From IMG/VR virus record IMGVR_UViG_3300027126_000001: a stretch of 64,000 bases of DNA; one strand, given 5' to 3'. Origin of the DNA: a virus (taxonomy: Duplodnaviria > Heunggongvirae > Uroviricota > Caudoviricetes). Position 1 is the stretch's first letter. Every line of letters begins with the position of its first letter. The translations under genes and the position numbers were made by a program. The notes below the pieces were generated by a model. That model saw only the letters and a list, made by a program, of their open reading frames with translations. It made no database searches and was not told the DNA's origin. Shown here one piece after another: positions 42,969 through 53,299 of this stretch.

Positions 42969-44216
42969 TTATGATTTTATAATTCCTGCTAATTTTTGCC
43001 ATCTAGCTACTTGTTCAGATACTTCAGAAATAATTTCTTTCTTACCTGCTGTTGCTGCAGTACCTACTGCTTTAGATGCAAATGATTTATGTTCCTTAAT
43101 AGTTACTGGTTTAGCAACTACATTTTTAGAAACTGTTTCGAAAACTAATTTTACTTCTTTAACTGTTTCTGCTCTATCAAATGCTGCTACAACATTTACT
43201 TTTTGTGATTCAGTTAAATTGTTTGCTTTGAAAACTTTATTTACATAAAGTAATTTTGCATTTAAAAGATTAACTTCTTGAAGTTGAGTTCTTAATTGTT
43301 TTACAGTTGCTAAAGCTTCGTCTAGTTCTGCAGATTCGTTCCAACTTGTTTCTCTTGGTGCTGATTTTTCACCTGGTTGAGCTAGAATGTGTTTTTTCAT
43401 AAAGTCTTGTACAGACATTCCTACTTTCTTAGCAGCTGATTTAACAGCGTTAGCAAGTTGAACATCTAACTCTTTACCTGTTTCTTTACCAGAAAACATT
43501 GACATTGGATCTACTTTACCGCTTGAGTATTCTTCCATACCTTCTTCTAATTCTCCTTCAGATACTCTGTTGGCTCCTGAGTGTGGCTCAGTTTCAGGTA
43601 TTTTTTTACTTAGAACTTTTGAGAATTTTGTTTCAGGTGCATTTTGAATAGCATCGTATGCCTTTTCTGCTTTGTCTTTAACTCTGTTAACTACACCTCT
43701 AACTGCAGATCCTATTCCTTCTTCAACTTCTCCTTCCATTTCAGCTAATTCAGCTAATAATTCGTTAATATCAATTTCCTCTTCAGAATCCATTCCTACC
43801 ATGTCATCTCCTTCTGGAGCTTCTTCACCTGGCATTTCTTCTTCCGACTCATCATGACCTACTTCTTGTGATACGATGTCTCTGATAAGGTCTTTAAGTT
43901 CTTCTACAGACATGTCTTTTACGTCTATATCTTCTTCTTCACCTTCTTCAGTTTCTTCTTCTTCACCTTCTTCTTCTTCCTCTTCTTCAGCAACAATTTG
44001 ATCTGCTGGGTTTGGAAGTTTTTCACCTGTTACAGCGTTAGTTCCGAAATCCTCTTCCTCATCTGAATCTTCCATTTCTTGAAGTTTTTGAGCTAACATT
44101 TCTTTTAGATGTGGAGTTAAAGTCTCTTCTAAAGCTTCTTTTGCGTTTGCGATTGCAGCTTCACGAATAGTTTTCGCTTCAGCAATAGCTTGCTTTAATA
44201 AATCTTTGTTTGACAT
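42969..44216 (-). CDS. Prohead scaffold protein (gp22-like)
   Basis: AIAEAKTIREAAIANAKEALEE, acidic middle, LQEVNLLNAKLLY, C-terminal RWQKLAGII; between protease and capsid genes. Confidence 0.85.
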   Translation of the reverse strand: MSNKDLLKQAIAEAKTIREAAIANAKEALEETLTPHLKEMLAQKLQEMEDSDEEEDFGTNAVTGEKLPNPADQIVAEEEEEEEGEEEETEEGEEEDIDVKDMSVEELKDLIRDIVSQEVGHDESEEEMPGEEAPEGDDMVGMDSEEEIDINELLAELAEMEGEVEEGIGSAVRGVVNRVKDKAEKAYDAIQNAPETKFSKVLSKKIPETEPHSGANRVSEGELEEGMEEYSSGKVDPMSMFSGKETGKELDVQLANAVKSAAKKVGMSVQDFMKKHILAQPGEKSAPRETSWNESAELDEALATVKQLRTQLQEVNLLNAKLLYVNKVFKANNLTESQKVNVVAAFDRAETVKEVKLVFETVSKNVVAKPVTIKEHKSFASKAVGTAATAGKKEIISEVSEQVARWQKLAGIIKS

Positions 44217-44345
44217 TTTGATTTGTGTTTGTTTGTCGTACGTCTATTGTAGTATGTGAGACGTAATAATATTTTACTTTGTAGTAGATATCACATAAGT
44301 GTCGTGATATATTCGAATATAAATATACATATATTTTCAAAACAT

Positions 44346-44372
44346 AAAAAACCCACCTGTATGGGGTGGGCT
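44346..44372 (-). terminator. Intrinsic terminator (near-duplicate of 51742-51769)
   Basis: GCCCACC-CCATACA-GGTGGGT plus T run. Confidence 0.85.
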
Positions 44373-44381
44373 GTGTTGTTG

Positions 44382-44618
44382 TTAGGATATATGACCTAAT
44401 GTTGATAATGCTTCTTCTATGTGAATTTCAACATCGTTAAATTCGTTTTCATTAGAAGCTATTTGATTTGCTTCCTTATACTCTTCTATTACGTCTAGTG
44501 CAATCTTTAAATACCTTTTTACTTCAAGTGCTACTGTATCTTGAGTTACTTGTTCACTCAAAGATGCTTTGTTTAGATGTTTTGCTTGCCATTGGTGTAT
44601 GTCAAAATTATTTTTCAT
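44382..44618 (-). CDS. Hypothetical protein
   Basis: 78-aa ORF, MKNNFDIHQWQ...SLSE leader. Confidence 0.7.
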   Translation of the reverse strand: MKNNFDIHQWQAKHLNKASLSEQVTQDTVALEVKRYLKIALDVIEEYKEANQIASNENEFNDVEIHIEEALSTLGHIS

Positions 44619-45199
44619 TATGCTCTTAATATATTGTTAATAATAGAATCTAATCTATCGTATTTTCCTGCTGCTTGTTTTCCTTCATTCAATGAAATTG
44701 GATTCATAAATGCTCCTTGTGTAGAAGGATTAGAAACGAAATCCCAGCATACTAATTCAAAGTCTGGCTGAACCATTAAAGTTCCTTCGTTTGTTTGCTG
44801 TACTGATCCTGTTCCACGAGAAGATATTCCTATTGTATGCCCTCCTCTTAGTATTTCTTTTACGATGTTTCCTGAAGGTGTGTTTAGTAATTCAACTTTT
44901 CCCATCAAGTCATCACCTTCCCACCACAAGTCTTTTACAACGTGTGATGCGTTTTTTAATGATACAATTGCTGATTCTGGGTGATCTAATTCTCCGTAAG
45001 CATTCCCTACTTTAACAAAATTCTCTATATACTCTCTTACTTGATCTTCAAGTATTTCTCTTTTATAGATTCTTCCGTTTTGATTTTTTGCTCCTGCTCT
45101 TTGCATAACTCCTGTCACTTCAAATACACCTGGTCTGTCTTTTACTTCGGTAAGAAGTCCTTTGAAAGGAGTTACGTTTATTAATAGTGGATTGTTCAT
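44618..45199 (-). CDS. Prohead core protease (gp21-like)
   Basis: KNQNGRIY, GELDHP, GISSRGTGS, DFVSNPS. Confidence 0.95.
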   Translation of the reverse strand: MNNPLLINVTPFKGLLTEVKDRPGVFEVTGVMQRAGAKNQNGRIYKREILEDQVREYIENFVKVGNAYGELDHPESAIVSLKNASHVVKDLWWEGDDLMGKVELLNTPSGNIVKEILRGGHTIGISSRGTGSVQQTNEGTLMVQPDFELVCWDFVSNPSTQGAFMNPISLNEGKQAAGKYDRLDSIINNILRA

Positions 45200-45204
45200 C
45201 TTTC

Positions 45205-47115
45205 TTAGTTTAATAATTCAGATAGCGATTTTACTCTTCTAGACTCTGTAACCTGGCCTTTTTTAAGCATGTCTGGTTTAATTCTAACTGCAAAACCTCC
45301 TCCGCCTGGACCTGCTTGTACTTCTCCTGATTTTTCGAGAAAGTTGAAAGAAGAAAGTATTGTTGACTGTAATCCATCTAACTTATCTTTTACAACTGGT
45401 GCGTTAGTTCCTATTCCTGATATGTAAATTCCACCGTCTGCAATACCTACTTTAGTAATGGTTTGCTTTAAGCCAGCTAATCCATCAGGTTTTTCATTAA
45501 ACTTAGTTAAATACTCTACTTTAGTAGATACTATAAAATTTGGATTTGAGTCACCAATTGCTTGTCCTTTATCTGTAACTAATCTTACCGGGAATCCATT
45601 CTTTTTAATATATTGATATACTTGTTTAGCTGCATTATTGAGCATTAAATTTCCTCCTACTTCATCTTTAAATTCTATAGCTTCAAAAAGATTATCTAAA
45701 GCATCTCTAGTACCTTCAAAGCCAGGTATGTCTTTGTCAATTTTAATAACCCAATTAGAACCCATACCATCATTACTGTATACTTTTCCATCTTGTTCGG
45801 CTCTGAACGTAAATCTACCATTACCTAAATCACGTACAACTGTGCCTGTGTACTTTTCACCATCATTTTTATTAGTAAAAGTAACTTTTTTACCTGCTCC
45901 TATTTCTTCCATCATATCCTGCTGTGCTTGTACCCATGCATCTGAATTCATTGCCCTGTCTGATGGTGATTCGTATCCTTGGTATCCTGGATCTCCTTTA
46001 TACTCTTCATCCTCATCTGGTTGATTCATCCAATGCTCATCGTATGGATAGTCTGAGTAGATACTTTCGATTGCTCTGTTATATCCGTAGATTCCTTCTC
46101 CATCTAAGTACTCTGCTAACTCTCTATAAGCTTCATCTTCATCTGGACCTGTCATGATATCGTGGATCCTGTTTGTGTATCCGTAGATTTGATTATCATC
46201 TAGGTAATCTGCTAATTCACTTTTATATTCATTATCTGATTTAGGACCTTGCATTTCGTAAATATCCTCTTCACCCTCCGCTAAAGCTTTTTTAATAAGG
46301 TTTTTAATCCCTTCTTTTAAAACACTTTCAGATAAGTCTTGTCTTTTATTCTCTTTATCAGCGTATGCCTTAGCTCTCTCTTTTGTAGCAAAATCTGTTA
46401 CTAAGTGATCTCCTTCCCATACCTGGTATGTGTTGTTTGTTTTCGAGAATCTTACAGTATATTTATCACCTGGTTTTTTGGTATGATCTTCTTTTAGATT
46501 TTTTACTTTCTTCATTCCATTGAAAGTATCTACAGTATTTTTTGCTGTAGCATCTACCATTTTATCATGAAGGTCAACCTTCTTATTGTTTCCTGCTAAT
46601 TGATTTGTATAGTATATTGAATCCTTTTCTAAATTCTTAAGAACTTTTGCTAAAGCTTTCTTGTATTCTTCTGCAGTTGGGGTTCCATGTACTTGTAAAA
46701 CTTCTAACTCAACTCTTAACCCTCTTAGTATTTGTTCGTATGGATACTTATCCATGTCGTTAGTTGGTTTATATCTATAGTCTGTTAAACTCTTTTTAGT
46801 AAGCTTGGCTTCTCTAACAGCTCCCTTACGTCTTTGTAATTCTGATTTAACTCTTGCAATTATATCCTCATTACCTTCATATCTTGAAAGGTTGATAATC
46901 ATATCTGTAAGTGCGTCGTTAGAGTAGTCTTTAAAACTTTCTTCAGTGCTAACTTCTACAATCATTCCTTTGTTCTTAAGAATTTGGACTGCATCATCGT
47001 ATCCGTTGAAACGAGTTATAAGTTGTGGTTGTTGCATTCTAGCTTCAGCTAAGAAATGTTCTTTAGAGAATTTTCCCTCTTGAATTCCGTTATATTTTTC
47101 TTGTAAAGTTCTCAT
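45205..47115 (-). CDS. Modular hypothetical protein, probably protease-processed head protein
   Basis: 636 aa; heterogeneous segments joined by (L/I/V)xE linkers. Confidence 0.75.
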   Translation of the reverse strand: MRTLQEKYNGIQEGKFSKEHFLAEARMQQPQLITRFNGYDDAVQILKNKGMIVEVSTEESFKDYSNDALTDMIINLSRYEGNEDIIARVKSELQRRKGAVREAKLTKKSLTDYRYKPTNDMDKYPYEQILRGLRVELEVLQVHGTPTAEEYKKALAKVLKNLEKDSIYYTNQLAGNNKKVDLHDKMVDATAKNTVDTFNGMKKVKNLKEDHTKKPGDKYTVRFSKTNNTYQVWEGDHLVTDFATKERAKAYADKENKRQDLSESVLKEGIKNLIKKALAEGEEDIYEMQGPKSDNEYKSELADYLDDNQIYGYTNRIHDIMTGPDEDEAYRELAEYLDGEGIYGYNRAIESIYSDYPYDEHWMNQPDEDEEYKGDPGYQGYESPSDRAMNSDAWVQAQQDMMEEIGAGKKVTFTNKNDGEKYTGTVVRDLGNGRFTFRAEQDGKVYSNDGMGSNWVIKIDKDIPGFEGTRDALDNLFEAIEFKDEVGGNLMLNNAAKQVYQYIKKNGFPVRLVTDKGQAIGDSNPNFIVSTKVEYLTKFNEKPDGLAGLKQTITKVGIADGGIYISGIGTNAPVVKDKLDGLQSTILSSFNFLEKSGEVQAGPGGGGFAVRIKPDMLKKGQVTESRRVKSLSELLN

Positions 47116-47116
47116 G

Positions 47117-47359
47117 TTATTTATTTTCGTCTAAGTATTCAAACATTTTTGTATGTGAAGGTCTCTTCGGTCTTTTAACTGTTTTATACCCTAATTTTTC
47201 AAGATACTTAGTAGCTTTATTCTTTCCTGTTCCTTTTGAAAAAGCATTAGGAGTACCGTATTGCTCTCCTGTTCCTGGTGTAAATGATGCTCCTGTACCT
47301 GTTGTAGACATTTCAGCTAAAACTTCCTGCACTGCTTTTATTATTTCGGATTTTTTCAT
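47117..47359 (-). CDS. Hypothetical protein with MKKSEIIKAVQEVLAE leader
   Basis: 80-aa ORF. Confidence 0.75.
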   Translation of the reverse strand: MKKSEIIKAVQEVLAEMSTTGTGASFTPGTGEQYGTPNAFSKGTGKNKATKYLEKLGYKTVKRPKRPSHTKMFEYLDENK

Positions 47360-48210
47360 AGATTTTTTAACTCATTTACTAGTTCGTAGTATTGCATTAA
47401 AGAAACTAAGTGGTTATCGTCAACTTTTTGTGTATTTTTTATTGGTGTTATTCCCTTCTGAATCTCTTCTAGCTTTATTTTTACTACACTGTTTGTAATC
47501 TTCTCTTTTAACGTAGTAATAGTTTTAGCTAACTTCTCCATTTCCTCATTTACTAAGTTTCTAAGCCTTGTTGAGGAGTTTGCAGAAACTATAAACTCTT
47601 TTAGTATATTTTTCTGTTCCGGAAGCAGGTCTTTATATTGGTCGTTAAATTTCTCTAACAAAATTTTGTACGTTAAAAGACGTAGATCTTTGTCAAACTT
47701 TGAATACTCTTCAATTAACGCATCTTTTACTTCCCCCTCTGAATGTTTTGTCTGTGTTAAGTGCTCCAGTATTGTAGTTTTATTATTAACAAATACATTT
47801 GGATCTAATAAGTCTGGGGTGTTTTGTGCTTCCAGTAGGCAGTAAAGGGCTGCTAGTGGTTTGTAGCTATCTACTTTCATAGAGAAAAATTCCTCTAAGT
47901 TGTAATGTTGTTTTAACTCTTTAATTAACTCGTATTTCTGTTTCTTTAAAGAATCCAAGTCTATCTTTCTAGATATCTCAACAATTGTTGATACTATAGT
48001 TTCAGCTTTTTTCGAACCTACTCCCTTATTTTTAATAATAAAATCGTACAGTTTAAATTCTTTTACTAAAGATGTATTTCCTGTATAGAATTTCTTAATC
48101 ACCTTAATAGCCGGGGATTCTTTCCTAGATAAGGTATCTGCCGCTACTTGCTTTACCAGCAATTCAAATATAAGGCCTGTATTTTTGTATTTTGAATGTT
48201 TTATCTTCAC
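47356..48210 (-). CDS. Conserved head-module protein
   Basis: GTG start, KHSKYKNTGLIFELL; downstream of portal. Confidence 0.8.
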   Translation of the reverse strand: MKIKHSKYKNTGLIFELLVKQVAADTLSRKESPAIKVIKKFYTGNTSLVKEFKLYDFIIKNKGVGSKKAETIVSTIVEISRKIDLDSLKKQKYELIKELKQHYNLEEFFSMKVDSYKPLAALYCLLEAQNTPDLLDPNVFVNNKTTILEHLTQTKHSEGEVKDALIEEYSKFDKDLRLLTYKILLEKFNDQYKDLLPEQKNILKEFIVSANSSTRLRNLVNEEMEKLAKTITTLKEKITNSVVKIKLEEIQKGITPIKNTQKVDDNHLVSLMQYYELVNELKNL

Positions 48211-48239
48211 AGTAATAGTGTCTTTGTTATAAATATCTA

Positions 48240-50102
48240 TTAATTATCTAAATCTCTAATATTATCTTCATTAAGTAAATCCGATATTTCCTCTTGTTTT
48301 TTCTCAAAAATTAACCTCTTTTCTGGTTTAAAAATATCTTTGTTTCTTAGATAGACTGCCTGTGTGTTCCTAGTATTTTCTCTTACATTCTCATTATCAC
48401 TTGGGTAACCGCCTTTCATTCCATGTACTCCTAACCTGTCTCTTCCCCCTAATGGATCTTTCTGAGTGCCGAGTATTGAGAATTTCTCTCTTGGTTTTCC
48501 TTCCGGGTTAGGTTCTGTTTCATTATATCCAGCTGGTAGTTCTCCTCTTTCTCTTCCGTACATAGAGGCCAGGTCGTGAGGTGTTCCGTAAGATTCCCCT
48601 GATACAATTGGATCGTTTCCTTCGTTTTCTATTTGAGATAATCTAAAGTCTCTTTTTGCATCCTCTCTTACTAGATCTCGCATTTCATTGTAAGTATCCT
48701 CTGATAGGTTAAAGATGTTATCGTAAATGTAATCTGTAGAGAATAGTTTTGTTTCTTGCATTTGACGAGCAAGATCAATTTTCTCTTTCATTAAAGCTAC
48801 CTTTTCTTGTTCGTAAACAATAGATGGAGTAGTTAATTTTATTTCAAAATTAGTTAAAGATTCTCCTGTAAATCCTTGAGCGTATAAATGCACTAATCCA
48901 ATTTTGGTTAATTCACTCTCTACGATTCTCTGTAACCTCTCTACCGTTCTAGCAAAACGGATATCTTCTGCTGCAAGAGTTGCTTTACCTGTTAAGTCTT
49001 TTTCGTATCCAAAGTATGCTTTCGGTACTTTTAATGCTGCAAACATTTTATCTCTTAGGTATTCGATATCGTTTGTACCATCGTACTCTAGTCCTTTTGT
49101 TGTATCAATTTTTGTAGAAGTATCTCCTCCACGAACTGGTAGGTAGAAATCTTCCATCATGTTCATCATATTGAATCTTAGGTTATATTCACCTGTTTGT
49201 GGATCAACATATGGGGTTTTCTTAATACTATTAATAGTCTTTTGCATGAACTGCTCTACCTCGTTTGGTGGAATAGTTCCTACATTGATATAGAATGTTC
49301 TCTTCTCAGGAGCTCTCATGATTCTGTGAATCAACATTGCATCCTCCATTAAAGTCAACTGTTTATAAATTTTACGAGCTGGTTCGATATAGGATCTTCC
49401 GTATGGTAGGTAGTTTGTGTCTGAGATTAATCTGAAGTGAGCTACTTCGTAGTTGTCAAGAGTGATAACTGATTTATTAGCTTTAGGTATGTAGTTTGGA
49501 TCTGCTGAAGAAGCTAATCCGTCTGGGTCAATTGTAAAGACTACTTTGGTTGGTTCTTTAGGATCTTGCCCTTCGTATCTCACCATGTTATAGACTGTGT
49601 AGGGAATTACATTGTAAACTCCAAATTTTTCTGAGATTTCTAGTTTTAAGAAGAAGTCCCCATACTTACACATATTTCTAATCCAAGACCAAAGGTTAAA
49701 TTCGATATTTAATACATCGTAGTATAGGTTGTACAATACTCTCTGTATATTTTCATCTGAAGATTTAATAGCCAGTACCTCGCCTACATCATTCTTAAGG
49801 GTAGCTTCATCTGCTAATATATCTAAAGTGGAAGCAATAAGTGGATCTGTATCCATTGCCTCATAATCAGAATATAACTGTATCCTTAGCGTTTGGTAGT
49901 TAAGGTTTGGATTAAATATATTTTTATTATTGTATATGTAAAGACGTGAGAATCTATCCAGTAATGAATTAGTCTGGTATTTACCAGTTGTCTGAATTTG
50001 ATTAACATCAGCAATCTTTAGTTCATCCCCCCCTACGTTTCTTACTAGTATGTCTGTTGCAAATAATCGTTGTAGTGAAGAGAAAAGATTTCTTTCTGCC
50101 AT
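48240..50102 (-). CDS. Portal protein (gp20-like)
   Basis: YGRSYIEPARK...EDAMLIHRIMRAPEKRTFYI...EDFYLPVRGG. Confidence 0.95.
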   Translation of the reverse strand: MAERNLFSSLQRLFATDILVRNVGGDELKIADVNQIQTTGKYQTNSLLDRFSRLYIYNNKNIFNPNLNYQTLRIQLYSDYEAMDTDPLIASTLDILADEATLKNDVGEVLAIKSSDENIQRVLYNLYYDVLNIEFNLWSWIRNMCKYGDFFLKLEISEKFGVYNVIPYTVYNMVRYEGQDPKEPTKVVFTIDPDGLASSADPNYIPKANKSVITLDNYEVAHFRLISDTNYLPYGRSYIEPARKIYKQLTLMEDAMLIHRIMRAPEKRTFYINVGTIPPNEVEQFMQKTINSIKKTPYVDPQTGEYNLRFNMMNMMEDFYLPVRGGDTSTKIDTTKGLEYDGTNDIEYLRDKMFAALKVPKAYFGYEKDLTGKATLAAEDIRFARTVERLQRIVESELTKIGLVHLYAQGFTGESLTNFEIKLTTPSIVYEQEKVALMKEKIDLARQMQETKLFSTDYIYDNIFNLSEDTYNEMRDLVREDAKRDFRLSQIENEGNDPIVSGESYGTPHDLASMYGRERGELPAGYNETEPNPEGKPREKFSILGTQKDPLGGRDRLGVHGMKGGYPSDNENVRENTRNTQAVYLRNKDIFKPEKRLIFEKKQEEISDLLNEDNIRDLDN

Positions 50103-50132
50103 TTTAAAAATGTTTTATTTATAAATAGTAAC

Positions 50133-51707
50133 TTATCCTATTAGCCATGAAAGATCCTCATCGCCATTAGCTGTCTTCATAAGATAAGGATTATTCTGCA
50201 TAGGACCAACATTGTAAACTGCAGTATTTCTTTGATTAAGGTTTGTGAATGAAGAGAGAGTAGCTCTGGTTAGGTCCATACCTTGCTGTCTAAGTCTTAT
50301 TGCAGTATCTCTTACATACAGTCCTGTTGCAAAAGCCATCACTAAGTCATCATTATACCCTGTCTGTGCCTGTGCCTTTCCATTCTTCCATATGAAGACT
50401 CTCATTTCAGCTAAAGTCCTCTTAGATTTAATGATAACCGATCTTTCCCTTATGTATTCAGTCATTTTAGCGATAACAAGGGGTCTTGTCTTTAACGACA
50501 TTGTAAATCCGGGTACCAGTTTATCTCTTTCAAACTTGGCCATGTACGATTCTACTGTTTCCGTATCCGATCTCGACGAGTAGTACAGGTTTCTATATTC
50601 TCTTTCTAATATCTGTTCAATAGTTGCCCATCCGATGTTAGCATTCTCTACTACCAGTAGTGCATCGTTATATTCTGAAGCTATTCCCACTAGTACGTTT
50701 CCAAATTCTTTAGGGGATATCTTTCCTTTATACTCTCCTACCTGTGTACAGCTGTCTATATCCATAATATGGAAGGTAGAGTAGTCGGTAGAGTCTCCTC
50801 TAGCGACATCGGCAATAACCATATACGTCTTATTATAATCAACTGCTTCCCATATCCATAGATTTCCGTCTACACCCCTCTTTTCCATTGGATCGACTTG
50901 GTATGTTTCTTCATAAAAGGACATATTCTCTACTTCAAATACAGTATCCCCCGATGATAGGAAGTCACAGTCACACTCTTGAGCTGCTTGTTTCTCTCCT
51001 AACTGCCTTGTCTGTTCATCTCTCCAGTCTTGCTTTCTTTCCGGATGTACGTCCCATTTTAACTTAACTGGTATAAATCCATTCTCTCCTGCTTCTGCTT
51101 TTTCCCATGTTTTGTGAAACCAGTTTCCTACACCATTTGGGGTAGATAGCGCCATACATTGTCCTCCTGTTGCAAGAGTTTGTTGTGCTGCAGTAAATGT
51201 CTCTTCAATGTTATCGATGAAAGCTGCCTCATCTATTAGTAGAAGCGATACCGCTTCAGAACGAGCTGCATCAGAGTTTGACGATTTAGCTGTAATTTTA
51301 GAGCCGTTCTTAAGTCTAAGAGATAACTTATTCTTCTCTGTGAAGGGTAGTTGTAACCATTTTGGTAGATTCTCGTACATGAAAATTGTTTTGGTTACAA
51401 GGTTCCTAGCCGTTGCTTGGGTAATTGCAAGTGCTAGTACGTTTTTATCTTTATAGAAGATCATTAACCATAGAGCGTAGGCCGAGGCTAATGTAGAAAT
51501 TCCTAGCTGTCTTGATTTAAGAGTTACTATAAACTTCTCATCTCTAAATAAGTGAAGAACTCCTTCCTGGAATGGATAGAGGTTGAATAAGATTCTACCT
51601 CTGGTTGGATGTTGAATATAGCAATACTTCTTCATGAAGTAAGCCGGGTCTTTTGCACATTTTATGTACTCTTGTGCAACTATTTGTTTTATATCTTGTT
51701 GTGACAT
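50133..51707 (-). CDS. Terminase large subunit (gp17-like)
   Basis: LKSRQLGIST, LIDEAAFI, STPNG, ADVARGD, VENAN, YNDDLVMA. Confidence 0.95.
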   Translation of the reverse strand: MSQQDIKQIVAQEYIKCAKDPAYFMKKYCYIQHPTRGRILFNLYPFQEGVLHLFRDEKFIVTLKSRQLGISTLASAYALWLMIFYKDKNVLALAITQATARNLVTKTIFMYENLPKWLQLPFTEKNKLSLRLKNGSKITAKSSNSDAARSEAVSLLLIDEAAFIDNIEETFTAAQQTLATGGQCMALSTPNGVGNWFHKTWEKAEAGENGFIPVKLKWDVHPERKQDWRDEQTRQLGEKQAAQECDCDFLSSGDTVFEVENMSFYEETYQVDPMEKRGVDGNLWIWEAVDYNKTYMVIADVARGDSTDYSTFHIMDIDSCTQVGEYKGKISPKEFGNVLVGIASEYNDALLVVENANIGWATIEQILEREYRNLYYSSRSDTETVESYMAKFERDKLVPGFTMSLKTRPLVIAKMTEYIRERSVIIKSKRTLAEMRVFIWKNGKAQAQTGYNDDLVMAFATGLYVRDTAIRLRQQGMDLTRATLSSFTNLNQRNTAVYNVGPMQNNPYLMKTANGDEDLSWLIG

Positions 51708-51741
51708 ATTATATATGTATATAATATAAATATAGGGATAT

Positions 51742-51769
51742 AAAAAAACCCACCTTTATGGGGTGGGCT
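51742..51769 (-). terminator. Intrinsic terminator (near-duplicate of 44346-44372)
   Basis: GCCCACC-CCATAAA-GGTGGGT plus T run. Confidence 0.85.
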
Positions 51770-51791
51770 AAATTGCTGTACTATCTATAAA

Positions 51792-53252
51792 TTATCCTCT
51801 TTCTAGGTTTCTTATTAGATCATTGTCTAAAATTTGACTTTTTAAATCATCAGACATTTCATTCCCACTTAAAGCTTGTTCAATGTCTGAATATGTGAAT
51901 ACTCCGTCAAATGCAAGAGGATCATTAGAACCACCTCCTTCACCCATAGTATCGGCTAGGATAGATATTAATTCATCTGCATTATTGTCTTGAGCAGCAT
52001 AAAATATAGCATCAATAACCATACCATCCTCTGCATTTCCTCCTAGGCTGTTAACAAAATCTAATAATTGGTAAGCGTTAACTTGAGTATTTCTATCTAG
52101 GTTATCTACTTTAGCATGTAATCTCTCATATCCCGATGCCGTATTATCAACCTCTTCCGCCAATCTTGAACTAGCAGTCAATTTATTTTCTACTAAGAAT
52201 TTTTTTAAATCAAAAGTTCCTTCTTGTAATGCTTCTACTTTTTCTGCTTTTGGAGCTGCAGGTGTTTTTTCTTTTTTGTTGAATTTCTTATCAAATGCTG
52301 ATTTCAACTTTTCTGCTGCTTTTTCTAACTTTGCAGCATCTGTTGCTAATTGCTTTAAGTCTTTTGGGCTAATGTGTGCAGCATGCTCACTTTCTTCCAT
52401 TTTCTTTGCTTTATCTCTTAACATTTGAGCAATCTTTTTCATTTGCTCCATTTTATGCTTTTCTGCTACCTCGTTGGTTCCGTGGTCGATGCTTTTCATT
52501 AATTCATCGATTGTACGGTATTCAGGTATTACTGTTTCGTTAGCCATTTCATCTCCTGGTACTGTGGTAGGTGGTGTTCCAAACGTCTTTAAGTAGTTTT
52601 TTCTATTTATATCCTCTTCTGGTGTGTTACCTGGGTTAATGAAGTCTTCTTCTTCGTCATCGATTCCTAAAGCGTTTTCTACTAAACGAGTTAAGTAGTT
52701 TTCTCTTGGAGATTGTTTTGCTTCCATTACTGAACTGTTTGCCTTAATCCAACTTCTTACTTCCTGCTCTGCACTATCTATAGTTGTTGTACCTTTGATT
52801 ATACCGGCATCATGCATCTTATCGTAGATTTTCATAACAACCTCTTCTTTTGCATTTACTCCTAATACATTTCGTATTGCTTCTTCGTAAACATCTCCCA
52901 CTTCTTCCGAATTATCATAACCTCCTTCACTTAATCCTTCTTCAACATCCATTTGTTTTTTCTCTTGTAAATAAAGTTGACTATCATGTATTAATTCTCC
53001 TGTTAATCCATAATTCTCATCTTCCAAGCTCATCAACTCTTCGTCTGATAATGGAGTACCATCCTCATACTCTGCATAAGTAATATATGCATCTACAAAA
53101 TCTGGATAGTCATTTCTGTCTATTCCTTCGATTTCGATTGATCTAGTGTTTACTGGTTTTCCGTTTAAAGAAACTTGCTCTTTTAGAAGCTTTGCATTCT
53201 TTGTAAGTTTATTCTCTGTTAAGAATTGTCTTAAATTAAAATTATCTGCCAT
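51792..53252 (-). CDS. Modular hypothetical protein with duplicated leader-like segment
   Basis: NFNLRQFLTENKLT at N-terminus and TFDLKKFLVENKLT internally. Confidence 0.8.
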   Translation of the reverse strand: MADNFNLRQFLTENKLTKNAKLLKEQVSLNGKPVNTRSIEIEGIDRNDYPDFVDAYITYAEYEDGTPLSDEELMSLEDENYGLTGELIHDSQLYLQEKKQMDVEEGLSEGGYDNSEEVGDVYEEAIRNVLGVNAKEEVVMKIYDKMHDAGIIKGTTTIDSAEQEVRSWIKANSSVMEAKQSPRENYLTRLVENALGIDDEEEDFINPGNTPEEDINRKNYLKTFGTPPTTVPGDEMANETVIPEYRTIDELMKSIDHGTNEVAEKHKMEQMKKIAQMLRDKAKKMEESEHAAHISPKDLKQLATDAAKLEKAAEKLKSAFDKKFNKKEKTPAAPKAEKVEALQEGTFDLKKFLVENKLTASSRLAEEVDNTASGYERLHAKVDNLDRNTQVNAYQLLDFVNSLGGNAEDGMVIDAIFYAAQDNNADELISILADTMGEGGGSNDPLAFDGVFTYSDIEQALSGNEMSDDLKSQILDNDLIRNLERG

Positions 53253-53299
53253 TGTTTTTTATTTTTATTTATAAATAGGTTACTTTTTTAGTGATATAG

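Noticed and set aside
9768-51707. Introns or inteins in nrdA, nrdB, helicase, polymerase or terminase
   Set aside because: ORFs are continuous and of normal or short length, with no intein motifs
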